From a gamma proteobacterium endosymbiont of Trioza apicalis (GTDB lineage: Bacteria > Pseudomonadota > Gammaproteobacteria > Enterobacterales > G022558485), in NCBI GenBank assembly GCA_022558485.1, contig CP066222.1, forward strand, positions 154,603-218,602: 64,000 nt of DNA. The letters run 5' to 3'. The translations under genes were made by a program, and so were the position numbers. The notes beneath the pieces are model-generated. The model searched no databases. It had not been told where the DNA came from and saw nothing but the letters and a program-made list of their open reading frames with translations. This document shows positions 41,143 through 50,878 of the stretch, one piece after another; position 1 is the first letter of the stretch; every line of letters begins with the position of its first letter.

Positions 41143-43665
41143 TTAATAAAAATTAATATCTTCAAGTGAAGTTGTTTCTAAATTACTTAATTTAGAAACA
41201 ACTTCATATTTTAATAAATCTAACATAACTTCAAACATCATAAAAGATTCACGTTTATATTCTTGTTTTGGATCTCTTTGAGCATAACACCTTAAATGAA
41301 TACTTTTACGCAAATAATTCATTGTTAATAAATGTTTTTTCCATAATAAATCAATTATCTTTAATACTATAAATTTTTCAGCATTACGAATAAACTTAAT
41401 ACCATATATTATTTTTTTTATATGATATTGTTCTAATAAATAATTAAGTATACTAATATATAAAATATTTTTATCTAAAATTAATTTATTTTCTATAAAT
41501 TTAATTAACGATACTTTAAAATTTAAATTAATTTTTAAATATTTACTTAAACCCAAAATATCATTATTTTTATTTAAAAATTTAAATGGAATATAAATAT
41601 TAATAATATTTTTTAATAAATCTTTACGCATAATCTTAATAAAATTACTAATATTTTCTAATTTAAGTAATTTATTACGTTGTTTATAAACAATATAACG
41701 TTGATCATTTAAAATATCATCATATTCTAATAATTGCTTGCGTATATTAAAATTACGATTAACAACTTTTTGTTGAGCTTTAATAATAGCTTTATCAATC
41801 CAAGGATGCTCAATAGGTTCATTTTTTTTTACAACAAAACTATTTAAAATTTTTAAAAAATAATCAGATAAAAAAATACGCATTAAATTATCTTCCATAG
41901 ATAAATAAAATCGTGATGAACCAATATCACCTTGACGACCTGAACGCCCGCGAAGTTGATTATCAATGCGTCTAGATTCATGCCTTTCAGAACCAATAAC
42001 ATGTAAACCACCAGCAGAAATAACAATATCACGACGTTTTTTCCAAATTATTTTTATATTATTAATATCATTTTTTTTTAAATATTTAAATTTTAATAAA
42101 TCAGTTTTCCAATTACCGCCAAGAATAATATCAGTACCACGACCGGCCATATTAGTTGAAATAGTAACAGAACCAGGCTTGCCAGCCTGAGCTATAATAT
42201 CAGCTTCTAAAGAATGGAATTTAGCATTAAGAACTTTATGAGAAATATTTAATTTATTTAATTCTTTTGAAATTAATTCAGATTTTTCAATAGAAATAGT
42301 GCCAATTAATACTGGTTGTTTTTTTTTTATACAAGAATTAATATCAAAAATAATAGCATTGATTTTTTCTTTTTCAGTCATATATACTAAATCTGTATAA
42401 TCCTTACGAATCATAGGACGATTAGTAGGTAACAATATAGTATCTAATTTATAAATTAATTTAAATTCTAATGATTCTGTATTAGCAGTACCAGTCATAC
42501 CAGCTATTTTTTTATAAAGACGAAAATAATTTTGAAACGTAATTGAAGCAAATATTTCATTTTCATTTTGTACATTTAAATTTTCTTTAGCTTCAACAGC
42601 TTGATGTAATCCATTAGACCAACGTCTACCTGGGATAACACGCCCTGTATATTCATCTATAATAAGAATTTCATTATTTTTAATAATATAATCTATATTA
42701 AGAAATAAAAAAAATCTAGCATGTAATGAAATAATAACATGATGAATTAATATAATATTATTTGGTAAATATAAAAATTCTCCTTTTTTTAATAATTTAA
42801 ATTTTATAAATAATTTTTCAATTAATATAAAACCTAATTCAGTTAAATTTATTTGACGATTTTTTTCATCAATTAAAAAATGACAGATATCTAAAAAATT
42901 TTTAATATTATTTTTTTTTTTAAAACATAAATTTTTAATAATTTTATTAATTTTTATATATAAATAAGATATATCTTCCGAAAAACCTGAAATAACTAAA
43001 GGAGTACATGCCTCATCTATTAATATAGAATCTACTTCATCTAATAATGCATAATATAAATTACGTTGAACACATTCTTTAATATTAGTAACCATATTAT
43101 CACGCAAATAATCAAAAACAAATTCATTATTAGTACCATAAGTAATATCAGCTTTATAAATTAATTTTTTAGCCCAAATAGGTAAATTTTGCAAATTAAC
43201 ACCAACAGTCAATCCTAAAAATTCAAATAATAAACGATTATAATCTGAGTCACGTTTAGCAAGGTAATCATTTACAGTAATAATATGAACACCTTTACAA
43301 AATAAAGCATTAATATAAGCTGGGAATGTTGCTGTTAATGTTTTTCCTTCACCGGTACACATTTCAATAATACAGCTATTATTTAACAATATACCGCCTA
43401 TTAACTGAATATCAAAATAACATATATTATTAATTCTTTTATTAACTTCACATATAACAGAAAAAATTTCAGGGAACATATTATCAATTAATTCACCATT
43501 TTTAATTCGATTACGAAACTCAGCAGTTTTATATGAAAGATCATTATTACTAAATTTATTAAAAATAAACTCCATGTTATTAATATTATTAACAATTATA
43601 CGCATACGACGAATTATACGATCATTTTTATTACCAAATATTTTCGTAAGTAATTTAAATAACAT
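41143..43665 (-). CDS. secA: Protein translocase ATPase SecA (C-terminal tail shortened)
   Basis: 840-aa ORF with MCTGEGKTLTATFPAY (Walker A region), DEVDSILIDEACTPLVISG, GMTGTA and NMAGRGTDIILGG. It ends without the Cys-rich zinc tail seen in E. coli SecA. Confidence 0.95.
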   Translation of the reverse strand: MLFKLLTKIFGNKNDRIIRRMRIIVNNINNMEFIFNKFSNNDLSYKTAEFRNRIKNGELIDNMFPEIFSVICEVNKRINNICYFDIQLIGGILLNNSCIIEMCTGEGKTLTATFPAYINALFCKGVHIITVNDYLAKRDSDYNRLLFEFLGLTVGVNLQNLPIWAKKLIYKADITYGTNNEFVFDYLRDNMVTNIKECVQRNLYYALLDEVDSILIDEACTPLVISGFSEDISYLYIKINKIIKNLCFKKKNNIKNFLDICHFLIDEKNRQINLTELGFILIEKLFIKFKLLKKGEFLYLPNNIILIHHVIISLHARFFLFLNIDYIIKNNEILIIDEYTGRVIPGRRWSNGLHQAVEAKENLNVQNENEIFASITFQNYFRLYKKIAGMTGTANTESLEFKLIYKLDTILLPTNRPMIRKDYTDLVYMTEKEKINAIIFDINSCIKKKQPVLIGTISIEKSELISKELNKLNISHKVLNAKFHSLEADIIAQAGKPGSVTISTNMAGRGTDIILGGNWKTDLLKFKYLKKNDINNIKIIWKKRRDIVISAGGLHVIGSERHESRRIDNQLRGRSGRQGDIGSSRFYLSMEDNLMRIFLSDYFLKILNSFVVKKNEPIEHPWIDKAIIKAQQKVVNRNFNIRKQLLEYDDILNDQRYIVYKQRNKLLKLENISNFIKIMRKDLLKNIINIYIPFKFLNKNNDILGLSKYLKINLNFKVSLIKFIENKLILDKNILYISILNYLLEQYHIKKIIYGIKFIRNAEKFIVLKIIDLLWKKHLLTMNYLRKSIHLRCYAQRDPKQEYKRESFMMFEVMLDLLKYEVVSKLSNLETTSLEDINFY

Positions 43666-43795
43666 ATTTATATTCCAAATACATTTATCATTAAAAAATT
43701 TAATTATTAGTTTGATTAAATAATTAAAATATATAATAAAAATATTATTATATTTTAATATAAAAATTTTAAATTTAAAAAAATGGAAATTTATT

Positions 43796-44287
43796 ATGAA
43801 TAAAAACTACCCCATACCTATACATAAACTTATAGAAAAAAAAAATATAAACACTAATACAAATTTGATAAAATTAAAAAAAAAAGCTTTTATAATAAAT
43901 AAAATTAATAAAAATATTAAAAAATTTATACCAAAATATATCAAATTAGATTATCGTATTATTAAAATTAATAAAAATATATTAATATTAGAAACAAATA
44001 ATATAAATTGGAAATTAAATTTAATTTCTGAGAAAAAAAAACTTTTAAATAAATTAAAATATATAATACCTTCAATTTCAAATATTACAATTAAAATAAA
44101 TAAAAATTTAAAAAAAACTAAAAATTTTTTAAATAAAAATAAAAATAAAATTAAAAATATAAAAAATTTAGAATTAAAAAAAAAAAAATTAAGCAAAAAA
44201 AGTGCAGAATATATTAATAATATAACAAAATATAGTGAAAAAAAATTAAAAAAAATAATAAAAAGATTTATAAAATTAGCTAATTAA
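43796..44287 (+). CDS. Hypothetical Lys/Asn-rich protein; possible DUF721/DciA-like helicase-operator remnant (speculative)
   Basis: 163-codon ORF divergent from secA. It is too long to be a chance ORF even in this composition (rough estimate of stop frequency above 0.1 per codon). A GGA lies 9 nt upstream of the ATG. The central segment FIPKYIKLDYRIIKINKNILILETNNINWKLNLISEKKKLLNKLKYIIPSISNITIKI resembles the DUF721 core pattern (hydrophobic strand, 'awa..L' helix, repeated-hydrophobic C-terminal strand). The call is from memory of the family profile only. Confidence 0.3.
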   Translation: MNKNYPIPIHKLIEKKNINTNTNLIKLKKKAFIINKINKNIKKFIPKYIKLDYRIIKINKNILILETNNINWKLNLISEKKKLLNKLKYIIPSISNITIKINKNLKKTKNFLNKNKNKIKNIKNLELKKKKLSKKSAEYINNITKYSEKKLKKIIKRFIKLAN

Positions 44288-44294
44288 AAATTAA

Positions 44295-45227
44295 TTATAA
44301 AAATTTTTTTTCAATAATATGAAGAATAGCACTTCTGGAGCAAAAATTATTAATAACCTCTTTATATGAAGGTTGTATTTTTTTTATTAATTTTAATTTT
44401 TTATTTATATTAAGTTTATTTAAAATATTTAATTTTATAATAGGACATCCTATTGTTAATTCAGATTTTGAACTATAATTTGATATAAAAAACTTAATTA
44501 ATTTATGCTCTAATGAATGAAAACTTATAACAACTAATCTTCCTTTAGGAGCTAAAATTTTAAACGAATCATTTAATACATTTTTTATTTTCTCAAATTC
44601 ATTATTTATATATATTCGAATAGCTTGAAAGGTTCTGGTTGCTGGATGTTTATATTTTTCATAAAAAGGAACAATATTAGTTATTAACTTAGATAATTGA
44701 AGAGTTCTAGTTATAGGTTTATTAATATTTTGATTAACAATTGCATTAGAAATTAATTTAGCAAATCTCTCTTCCCCAAAATTTTTAAGTACATTAAAAA
44801 TATCTTCCACTCTAGCATTAGAAAGCCATTGAGCGGCAGTTTGACCACATGTATAATTCATACGCATATCTAAAGGACCATCATTAATAAATGAAAAACC
44901 ACGGTTTGAATTATCAATTTGCATTGAAGATAAACCTAAATCTAATAAAATACCATTAACTTTACCAAATAAATTTAATTTAAGAGCATAATCTAATATA
45001 TTAGAAAAACAACCATGTTGAATATTAAAACATGAATTATTAATATTTAATGAATAAGTAATGGCATCTGGATCACAATCAATAGCGAATAATTTACCAT
45101 TTTTGTTTAATTTTGATAAAATAAGACGAGAATGACCACCAAAACCAAAAGTACAATCAAAATATATACCTCCAGGATTTATATTTAAACCTTTAATTGA
45201 TTCATTTAATAAAACAGTATTATGCAT
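44295..45227 (-). CDS. rsmH: 16S rRNA m4C1402 methyltransferase RsmH (MraW)
   Basis: 310-aa ORF with HNTVLLNESIKGLNINPGGIYFDCTFGFGGHSR, DLGLSSMQIDNSNRGFSF, DGPLDMRM and SFHSLE. Confidence 0.9.
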   Translation of the reverse strand: MHNTVLLNESIKGLNINPGGIYFDCTFGFGGHSRLILSKLNKNGKLFAIDCDPDAITYSLNINNSCFNIQHGCFSNILDYALKLNLFGKVNGILLDLGLSSMQIDNSNRGFSFINDGPLDMRMNYTCGQTAAQWLSNARVEDIFNVLKNFGEERFAKLISNAIVNQNINKPITRTLQLSKLITNIVPFYEKYKHPATRTFQAIRIYINNEFEKIKNVLNDSFKILAPKGRLVVISFHSLEHKLIKFFISNYSSKSELTIGCPIIKLNILNKLNINKKLKLIKKIQPSYKEVINNFCSRSAILHIIEKKFL

Positions 45228-45294
45228 TTAAAAAATCACCATAAATAAAAATTAAAAATTAATTAAATTAAATAATATAAGTATAAAAAATAAT

Positions 45295-46602
45295 ATGTTA
45301 AAAAAAATAAAAGCTATAAGAGGAATGAACGATTACTTTCCTAATGAAACAATATTTTGGCAAAATATTGAAAAAATATTTAAAAAAATATTAAATAATT
45401 ATGGATATAAAGAAATTCGTTTACCAATTATAGAACAAACTAATTTATTCCAAAGAGCTATTGGTAATATTACTGATGTAATAGAAAAACAAATGTATAC
45501 ATTTAAAAATTGTAAGGGAAAAAGTTTAACCCTAAGACCTGAAGGAACAGCTAGTTGTATAAGAGCAAGTATTGAAAATGGTATAATTTACAATCAAGAA
45601 CAACGTTTTTGGTATTACGGACCAATGTTTCGTTATGAAAAACCACAAAGGGGGAGATATAGACAATTTCACCAATTAGGAGTTGAAATGTTTGGACAAA
45701 AAGGACCAGATGTAGATGCTGAATTAATTTTAATAACTCAACGATTATGGAAATCTTTAGGTATAAATAAATATGTATCTCTAGAATTAAATTCTATAGG
45801 ATCAAAAAAAACAAGAGAAAATTATAATAAAATACTAATATCATTTTTTAAAAAAAACAAGTCATATTTAAATAAAAAATATTTAAAATTAATAAATAAA
45901 AATCCAATAAGAATTTTAGATAAAAAAGATCATAATATTAATAATTTAATTAAAAATATAAAAAAAATAACAGACTATTTAGATGAAAAATCAAAAAATC
46001 ATTTTAATAAATTATGCGAATTTTTAGACCACAATAAAATTAAATATAAAATAAATAACAATCTAGTAAGAGGATTGGATTATTATAATGATACAGTTTT
46101 TGAATGGATAACTAATAAATTAGGATCACAAAATACCATATGTGGTGGTGGACGATATGATAATTTAGTAGAACAACTAGGTGGTAAACCAACTCCTGCA
46201 ATAGGATTTGCAATAGGTATTGAAAGATTAATTATGTTAATAAAAATTACAAATCCTAATTTTAATAAATCACTAAAACCAAATGTTTATCTAGCAACTA
46301 TAGGTAAAAATATTAAAATAAAAGCATTTTTATTAGCAGAAAAAATAAGAAATGAAATACCAGAATTACAATTAATAACTAATTACGGTAAAAAAAATTT
46401 AAAAAAACAACTAATCCAAGCAAAGAAATATGAATCAAATATTATTCTAATAATAGAAAAAAATGAATCCAAGGAAGAATTAATAATTATGAAAAATCTA
46501 GTTACTAAAAAACAAGAAAAATTAACAATAAATAATATCATTTTAAAATTAAAAAAAATTATAAAATTTAATTCATATAAATTTACGGGAATCAATGATT
46601 AA
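45295..46602 (+). CDS. hisS: Histidine--tRNA ligase
   Basis: 435-aa ORF with [44 protein letters not shown] and GGGRYDNL, the class II motifs. The last 30 nt overlap the 3' end of convergent fusA. Confidence 0.95.
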   Translation: MLKKIKAIRGMNDYFPNETIFWQNIEKIFKKILNNYGYKEIRLPIIEQTNLFQRAIGNITDVIEKQMYTFKNCKGKSLTLRPEGTASCIRASIENGIIYNQEQRFWYYGPMFRYEKPQRGRYRQFHQLGVEMFGQKGPDVDAELILITQRLWKSLGINKYVSLELNSIGSKKTRENYNKILISFFKKNKSYLNKKYLKLINKNPIRILDKKDHNINNLIKNIKKITDYLDEKSKNHFNKLCEFLDHNKIKYKINNNLVRGLDYYNDTVFEWITNKLGSQNTICGGGRYDNLVEQLGGKPTPAIGFAIGIERLIMLIKITNPNFNKSLKPNVYLATIGKNIKIKAFLLAEKIRNEIPELQLITNYGKKNLKKQLIQAKKYESNIILIIEKNESKEELIIMKNLVTKKQEKLTINNIILKLKKIIKFNSYKFTGIND

Positions 46603-48675
46603 TTTAGCAATATTATTAGGAGATTCATTATATTTTAAAAACTCCATAACATACGAAGCTCGACCTTGAGTTTGAGAACGCAAATCAGTAGCATAACCAA
46701 ACATTTCAGATAAAGGAACCTGAGCCTGTATAATTTTAATATTTATATTTTCTTCCATACCATCTATTATACCACGACGACGATTTAAATCACCAATTAC
46801 ATCACCCATATATTTTTCAGGTGTTTCAACCTCAACTTTCATAATAGGTTCTAATAAAACAGGATTTGCTTTCATAAAACCTTCTTTAAAAGCTATAGAA
46901 CTAGCTATTTTAAATGCTATCTCTGAAGAATCAACTTCATGATAAGATCCATCGAAAACAGTAACACGTATATCTACAATAGGATACCCAGCTAAAACAC
47001 CATTTTTTATTTGTTCTTGTATGCCCTTATCTATAGCAGATATATATTCTTTAGGAATAACACCACCAACAATTTTATTAATAAATTCATATCCTTTACC
47101 ATTAAATATAGGTTCAATTCGTAACCATACATGACCAAATTGACCGCGCCCACCAGATTGACGAATAAATTTACCTTCACGCTCAACAATATTACGAATA
47201 GTTTCACGATAGGCAACTTGAGGTTTACCAACCTTAGCTTTTACATTATACTCACGACGCATTCGATCAATTATTATTTCTAAATGAAGTTCGCCCATGC
47301 CCGCAATAATAATTTGACCAGATTCATCATCACTCCTAACTCTAAATGAAGGATCCTCTTGAGTTAATTTTATTAATGCGGAGTTCATTTTTTCTTGATC
47401 CACTTTAGTTTCAGGTTCAACAGCAACAGATATAACAGGATCTGGAAAACTCATAAGTTCAAAAGTAATAGGTGATAAAATATCACATAATGTATCACCA
47501 GTAGTAACATCTTTTAAACCAATAGCTGCAGCAATATCACCAGCAAAAACTTCTTTAATTTCTTCTCGTTTATTAGCATGCATCTGAACAATACGACCAA
47601 AACGTTCACGTTTTTGTTTAAGTGAATTTAAAACTATATCACCAGACTTAACTAATCCTGAATAAACACGAAAAAATGTTAAATTACCAACAAATGGATC
47701 ACTAATTATTTTAAAAGCTATAGCTGAAAATGGTTCATTATCTTTAGGTAATCGTTCTATATAAACACCATTATTATTTAATATACTTTTAGTTGAAAAT
47801 ATATCACTAGGTGATGGTAAAAAATCAACCACAGCATCAAGTAATGCTTGAATGCCTTTATTCTTAAAAGCCGAACCACAAATAACTAAAACAATATCAT
47901 TTTTTAAAACTCTTTTTCGTAAACCATTTTTTATTTCAATTTCATTTAATTTTTGTCCAGAAAAATACTTATCCATAAGTTCTTCAGATTCTTCAATTGC
48001 AGATTCTAAAAGTCGTTTTCTCCATTTATTAGATAAAATAATATATTTATCTGGAATATCCTTATAATAAAAAGATAAACCTTGATCCTTTTCATTCCAA
48101 TAAATAGCTTTCATTTTTATTAAATCAATAACGCCTACAAATTTCTCTTCTTTACCAATAGCTAATTGAATAGGGACAGGATTAGCACCTAAACGATATT
48201 TTAATTGTTTTATTACACGTAAATAATCAGCGCCCATTCTATCCATCTTATTAATAAACGCAATACGTGGAACTTTATATTTATTTGCTTGACGCCATAC
48301 AGTTTCTGATTGAGGTTGAACACCACCAACAGCACAATAAATCATAACAACACCATCAAGAACACGCATAGATCGCTCTACTTCAATAGTAAAGTCAACA
48401 TGACCAGGAGTGTCAATAATATTAATACGATGAGATTTAAACTGATTAGACATACCAGACCAAAAACAAGTAGTTGCAGCAGAAGTAATAGTTATACCAC
48501 GTTCTTGTTCTTGAACCATCCAATCCATAGTAGCTAAACCATCATGAACTTCTCCAATTTTATGATTAACACCTGTGTAAAATAAAATACGTTCAGTTAT
48601 AGTAGTTTTACCAGCATCTATATGAGCACTAATACCTATATTACGATAACATTCAATAGGTGTAATACGAATCAT
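46573..48675 (-). CDS. fusA: Elongation factor G
   Basis: Highly conserved ([29 protein letters not shown]). The track ORF begins at TTG 48687. I prefer ATG 48675-48673 ([12 protein letters not shown], matching E. coli MARTTPIARYRN), which is preceded by GAGG at Shine-Dalgarno distance. Confidence 0.95.
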   Translation of the reverse strand: MIRITPIECYRNIGISAHIDAGKTTITERILFYTGVNHKIGEVHDGLATMDWMVQEQERGITITSAATTCFWSGMSNQFKSHRINIIDTPGHVDFTIEVERSMRVLDGVVMIYCAVGGVQPQSETVWRQANKYKVPRIAFINKMDRMGADYLRVIKQLKYRLGANPVPIQLAIGKEEKFVGVIDLIKMKAIYWNEKDQGLSFYYKDIPDKYIILSNKWRKRLLESAIEESEELMDKYFSGQKLNEIEIKNGLRKRVLKNDIVLVICGSAFKNKGIQALLDAVVDFLPSPSDIFSTKSILNNNGVYIERLPKDNEPFSAIAFKIISDPFVGNLTFFRVYSGLVKSGDIVLNSLKQKRERFGRIVQMHANKREEIKEVFAGDIAAAIGLKDVTTGDTLCDILSPITFELMSFPDPVISVAVEPETKVDQEKMNSALIKLTQEDPSFRVRSDDESGQIIIAGMGELHLEIIIDRMRREYNVKAKVGKPQVAYRETIRNIVEREGKFIRQSGGRGQFGHVWLRIEPIFNGKGYEFINKIVGGVIPKEYISAIDKGIQEQIKNGVLAGYPIVDIRVTVFDGSYHEVDSSEIAFKIASSIAFKEGFMKANPVLLEPIMKVEVETPEKYMGDVIGDLNRRRGIIDGMEENINIKIIQAQVPLSEMFGYATDLRSQTQGRASYVMEFLKYNESPNNIAKLIIDSRKFI

Positions 48676-48753
48676 AATAAACCTCAATAATATTGATATT
48701 TAAATTAAATTATTAAAAAAACATTTAATATTTTAATTAATTTCAAAATATCT

Positions 48754-49224
48754 TTACCAACGGTAATGAGCGAAGGCCTTATTAGAATCAGCTAAACGAT
48801 GAATTTCATCACGTTTTTTTATAGAATTACCTTTATTCTCTGATGCATCAAAAATTTCATTAGATAATCGTAAAATCATAGATTTATCATTACGATTACG
48901 AGCAGAATTAATAATCCAACGCATAGCTAAAGTATCACGACGATTGGAACGAACTTCTACTGGAACTTGATAAGTCGAACCACCAACGCGGCGTGACTTT
49001 ACTTCTACAATAGGACGTACATTTTCCAATGCAAGTTCAAATAATTCTAATTGACTTTTATTAGAAAATTTACTTAATTTATTTAAAGCAGAATATACAA
49101 TTTTTTCTGCAATAGATTTTTTACCATTCAACATTAACATATTTATAAATTTAGATAAAAGTTTAGATCCAAATTTAGGATCAGATAGAATCTTACGTTG
49201 ATAAATAATTTTTCGACGAGCCAT
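48754..49224 (-). CDS. rpsG: 30S ribosomal protein S7
   Basis: 156-aa [23 protein letters not shown]...[20 protein letters not shown], collinear with E. coli S7. Lies between rpsL and fusA. Confidence 0.95.
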   Translation of the reverse strand: MARRKIIYQRKILSDPKFGSKLLSKFINMLMLNGKKSIAEKIVYSALNKLSKFSNKSQLELFELALENVRPIVEVKSRRVGGSTYQVPVEVRSNRRDTLAMRWIINSARNRNDKSMILRLSNEIFDASENKGNSIKKRDEIHRLADSNKAFAHYRW

Positions 49225-49282
49225 AAATACCTCATTAAATTATTAATATATATACTTTTTTAAATTTTATTTATAATAAAAA

Positions 49283-49657
49283 TTATATTTTAAGTTTTTT
49301 AACACCATATTTAGAACGACTTTTTTTACGATTTTTTACACCAGAACAATCAAAAGCACCACGTATAACATGATATCTGACACCAGGTAAATCTTTAACC
49401 CTACCACCCCTAATAAGAACAACGGAATGTTCTTGTAAATTATGACCTTCACCACCTATATAAGAAGTTACTTCAAAACCATTTGTTAAACGAACACGAC
49501 AAACTTTACGTAACGCAGAATTAGGTTTTTTAGGTGTTGTAGTATAAACTTTAATGCATACTCCTCGTTTTTGTGGAGATCTAGATAAAGCAGGTACATC
49601 ACTTTTAATAACTTTTAAAGAACGTGATTTACGTACTAATTGATTAATAGTTATCAT
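49283..49657 (-). CDS. rpsL: 30S ribosomal protein S12
   Basis: 124-aa [15 protein letters not shown]...[57 protein letters not shown], near-identical to E. coli S12. Confidence 0.95.
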   Translation of the reverse strand: MITINQLVRKSRSLKVIKSDVPALSRSPQKRGVCIKVYTTTPKKPNSALRKVCRVRLTNGFEVTSYIGGEGHNLQEHSVVLIRGGRVKDLPGVRYHVIRGAFDCSGVKNRKKSRSKYGVKKLKI

Positions 49658-50305
49658 TTTTTTTTATTTTTTTTTCCATAAAATTAAATTTATATTTATA
49701 ATATTAAATTTTTATATAATTTTATAATTTTTTTTCTATATTTTTTTAAAACAATTACGTATACTTTTAATTTTTGGTTTAATATATAATAAATTTAACT
49801 TTAATTGAACAATAGGCCTTTTAAATGGATTTAAGATATTTTTTATTAAAGATATATTTTTTAATTTATTACTTTTAAATTTTAATTTATCATTATTATT
49901 TTTAAAATTATTATTCATAACAATATTATCCAATTTTTAATATAATTATTATATAATTTATAAATAAATATTTTCAAATAAAAATATTATATCATAAATA
50001 ATTTTATTATAAAATATATAAAACTAAATTAAAAAATTTAATTTTTTTTATAAATTTATATAAAAATAATTACAAAAAAATTTTTAGTAAATTTTTTAAA
50101 ATTAAATATAATAAATTATTAAAAATTTATTACATTTTTTAAAAAAAAATAATATAATAAAAAATACAAAAATTAAATTTTAATATTCTTTTATTATATT
50201 ACTTAATAAATTATTATTTTAAACAAAATTTAATATTAATTAATAAAATAATTTTTATTATATTAAAATAATAAAAATTATATTACAAATAAAATAAATT
50301 AAAAC

Positions 50306-50333
50306 TTGCAAATTATTAAATTTAATATATAAT
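50306..50333 (+). promoter_or_regulatory. Candidate sigma-70 promoter for tRNA-Gly (TTGCAA-16 nt-TATAAT)
   Basis: TTGCAA at 50306-50311, a 16-nt spacer and a perfect TATAAT at 50328-50333. The predicted start is about 7 nt before the tRNA 5' end at 50347. The G/C-containing -35 is rare in this spacer. Confidence 0.4.
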
Positions 50334-50346
50334 ATATTATATAAAA

Positions 50347-50418
50347 GCGGGAATAGCTCAGTGGCAGAGCATAACCTTGCCAAGGTTAGGGTCACGAGTT
50401 CAAATCTCGTTTCCCGCT
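50347..50418 (+). tRNA. tRNA-Gly (anticodon GCC)
   Basis: GCGGGAATAGCTCAGTGGCAGAGCATAACCTTGCCAAGGTTAGGGTCACGAGTTCAAATCTCGTTTCCCGCT is collinear with E. coli tRNA-Gly(GCC). Confidence 0.9.
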
Positions 50419-50852
50419 TTATTTTTTTTAAATATACTTAAAATAGAAAATACCTTTATTTGTATAATATGTAATATAGTATATATACCTTTAATTCTAG
50501 AGGGTGTTAAATAACGTGTTAATGATAATTTCTTAAAAAAAAAATAAATATCTTGATTAAAAATTTCAAAAAATGCAAGTCCGTTATAAAAAATAAATAT
50601 TAAAGTAATCAAACCTCTAATTATAGCAGTATCACTATAACCATAAAACTTAATAATACCATTAATATTAACCGTCATTACAATCCATACTTTACTTTGA
50701 CATGAAGTTATAAAATATTCTATTCTTAATAAATTTTTAGGTATAAAAATTAAATTATCACCTAATTCAATTATATAAAGATATTTTTCTTCCCAATTAA
50801 TACACCGTGAAAAATTTATAAATAATTTATCTTTACTTGGTAATAAAAACAT
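50400..50852 (-). CDS. sufE: Cysteine desulfuration protein SufE
   Basis: 150-aa ORF with LPSKDKLFINFSRCINWEEKYLYIIELG and the persulfide Cys in SCQSKVWIVM. The last gene of the suf operon. The reading frame runs 19 nt into the opposite-strand tRNA-Gly. Confidence 0.85.
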   Translation of the reverse strand: MFLLPSKDKLFINFSRCINWEEKYLYIIELGDNLIFIPKNLLRIEYFITSCQSKVWIVMTVNINGIIKFYGYSDTAIIRGLITLIFIFYNGLAFFEIFNQDIYFFFKKLSLTRYLTPSRIKGIYTILHIIQIKVFSILSIFKKNKAGNEI

Positions 50853-50878
50853 AAAATCAACCCTTAAACTTAATTATA

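Noticed and set aside
47031-47231. Track ORF of 66 aa on the same strand as fusA but in another frame
   Set aside because: It is embedded in the highly conserved EF-G coding frame. It has no start context and no motif.
49736-49933. 65-aa Lys/Asn-rich ORF upstream of rpsL
   Set aside because: It has no recognisable motif and no Shine-Dalgarno sequence. Its size is within the range of the many spurious ORFs in this window. It is possibly an eroded tusB-region remnant, but I cannot support a CDS or pseudogene call.
50189-50265. 13-mer TTTTATTATATTA repeated 64 nt apart, as possible iterons or DUE 13-mers
   Set aside because: In an essentially two-letter (A/T) spacer of this length, several 13-mer coincidences are expected by chance. 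There is no third copy and no regular spacing.
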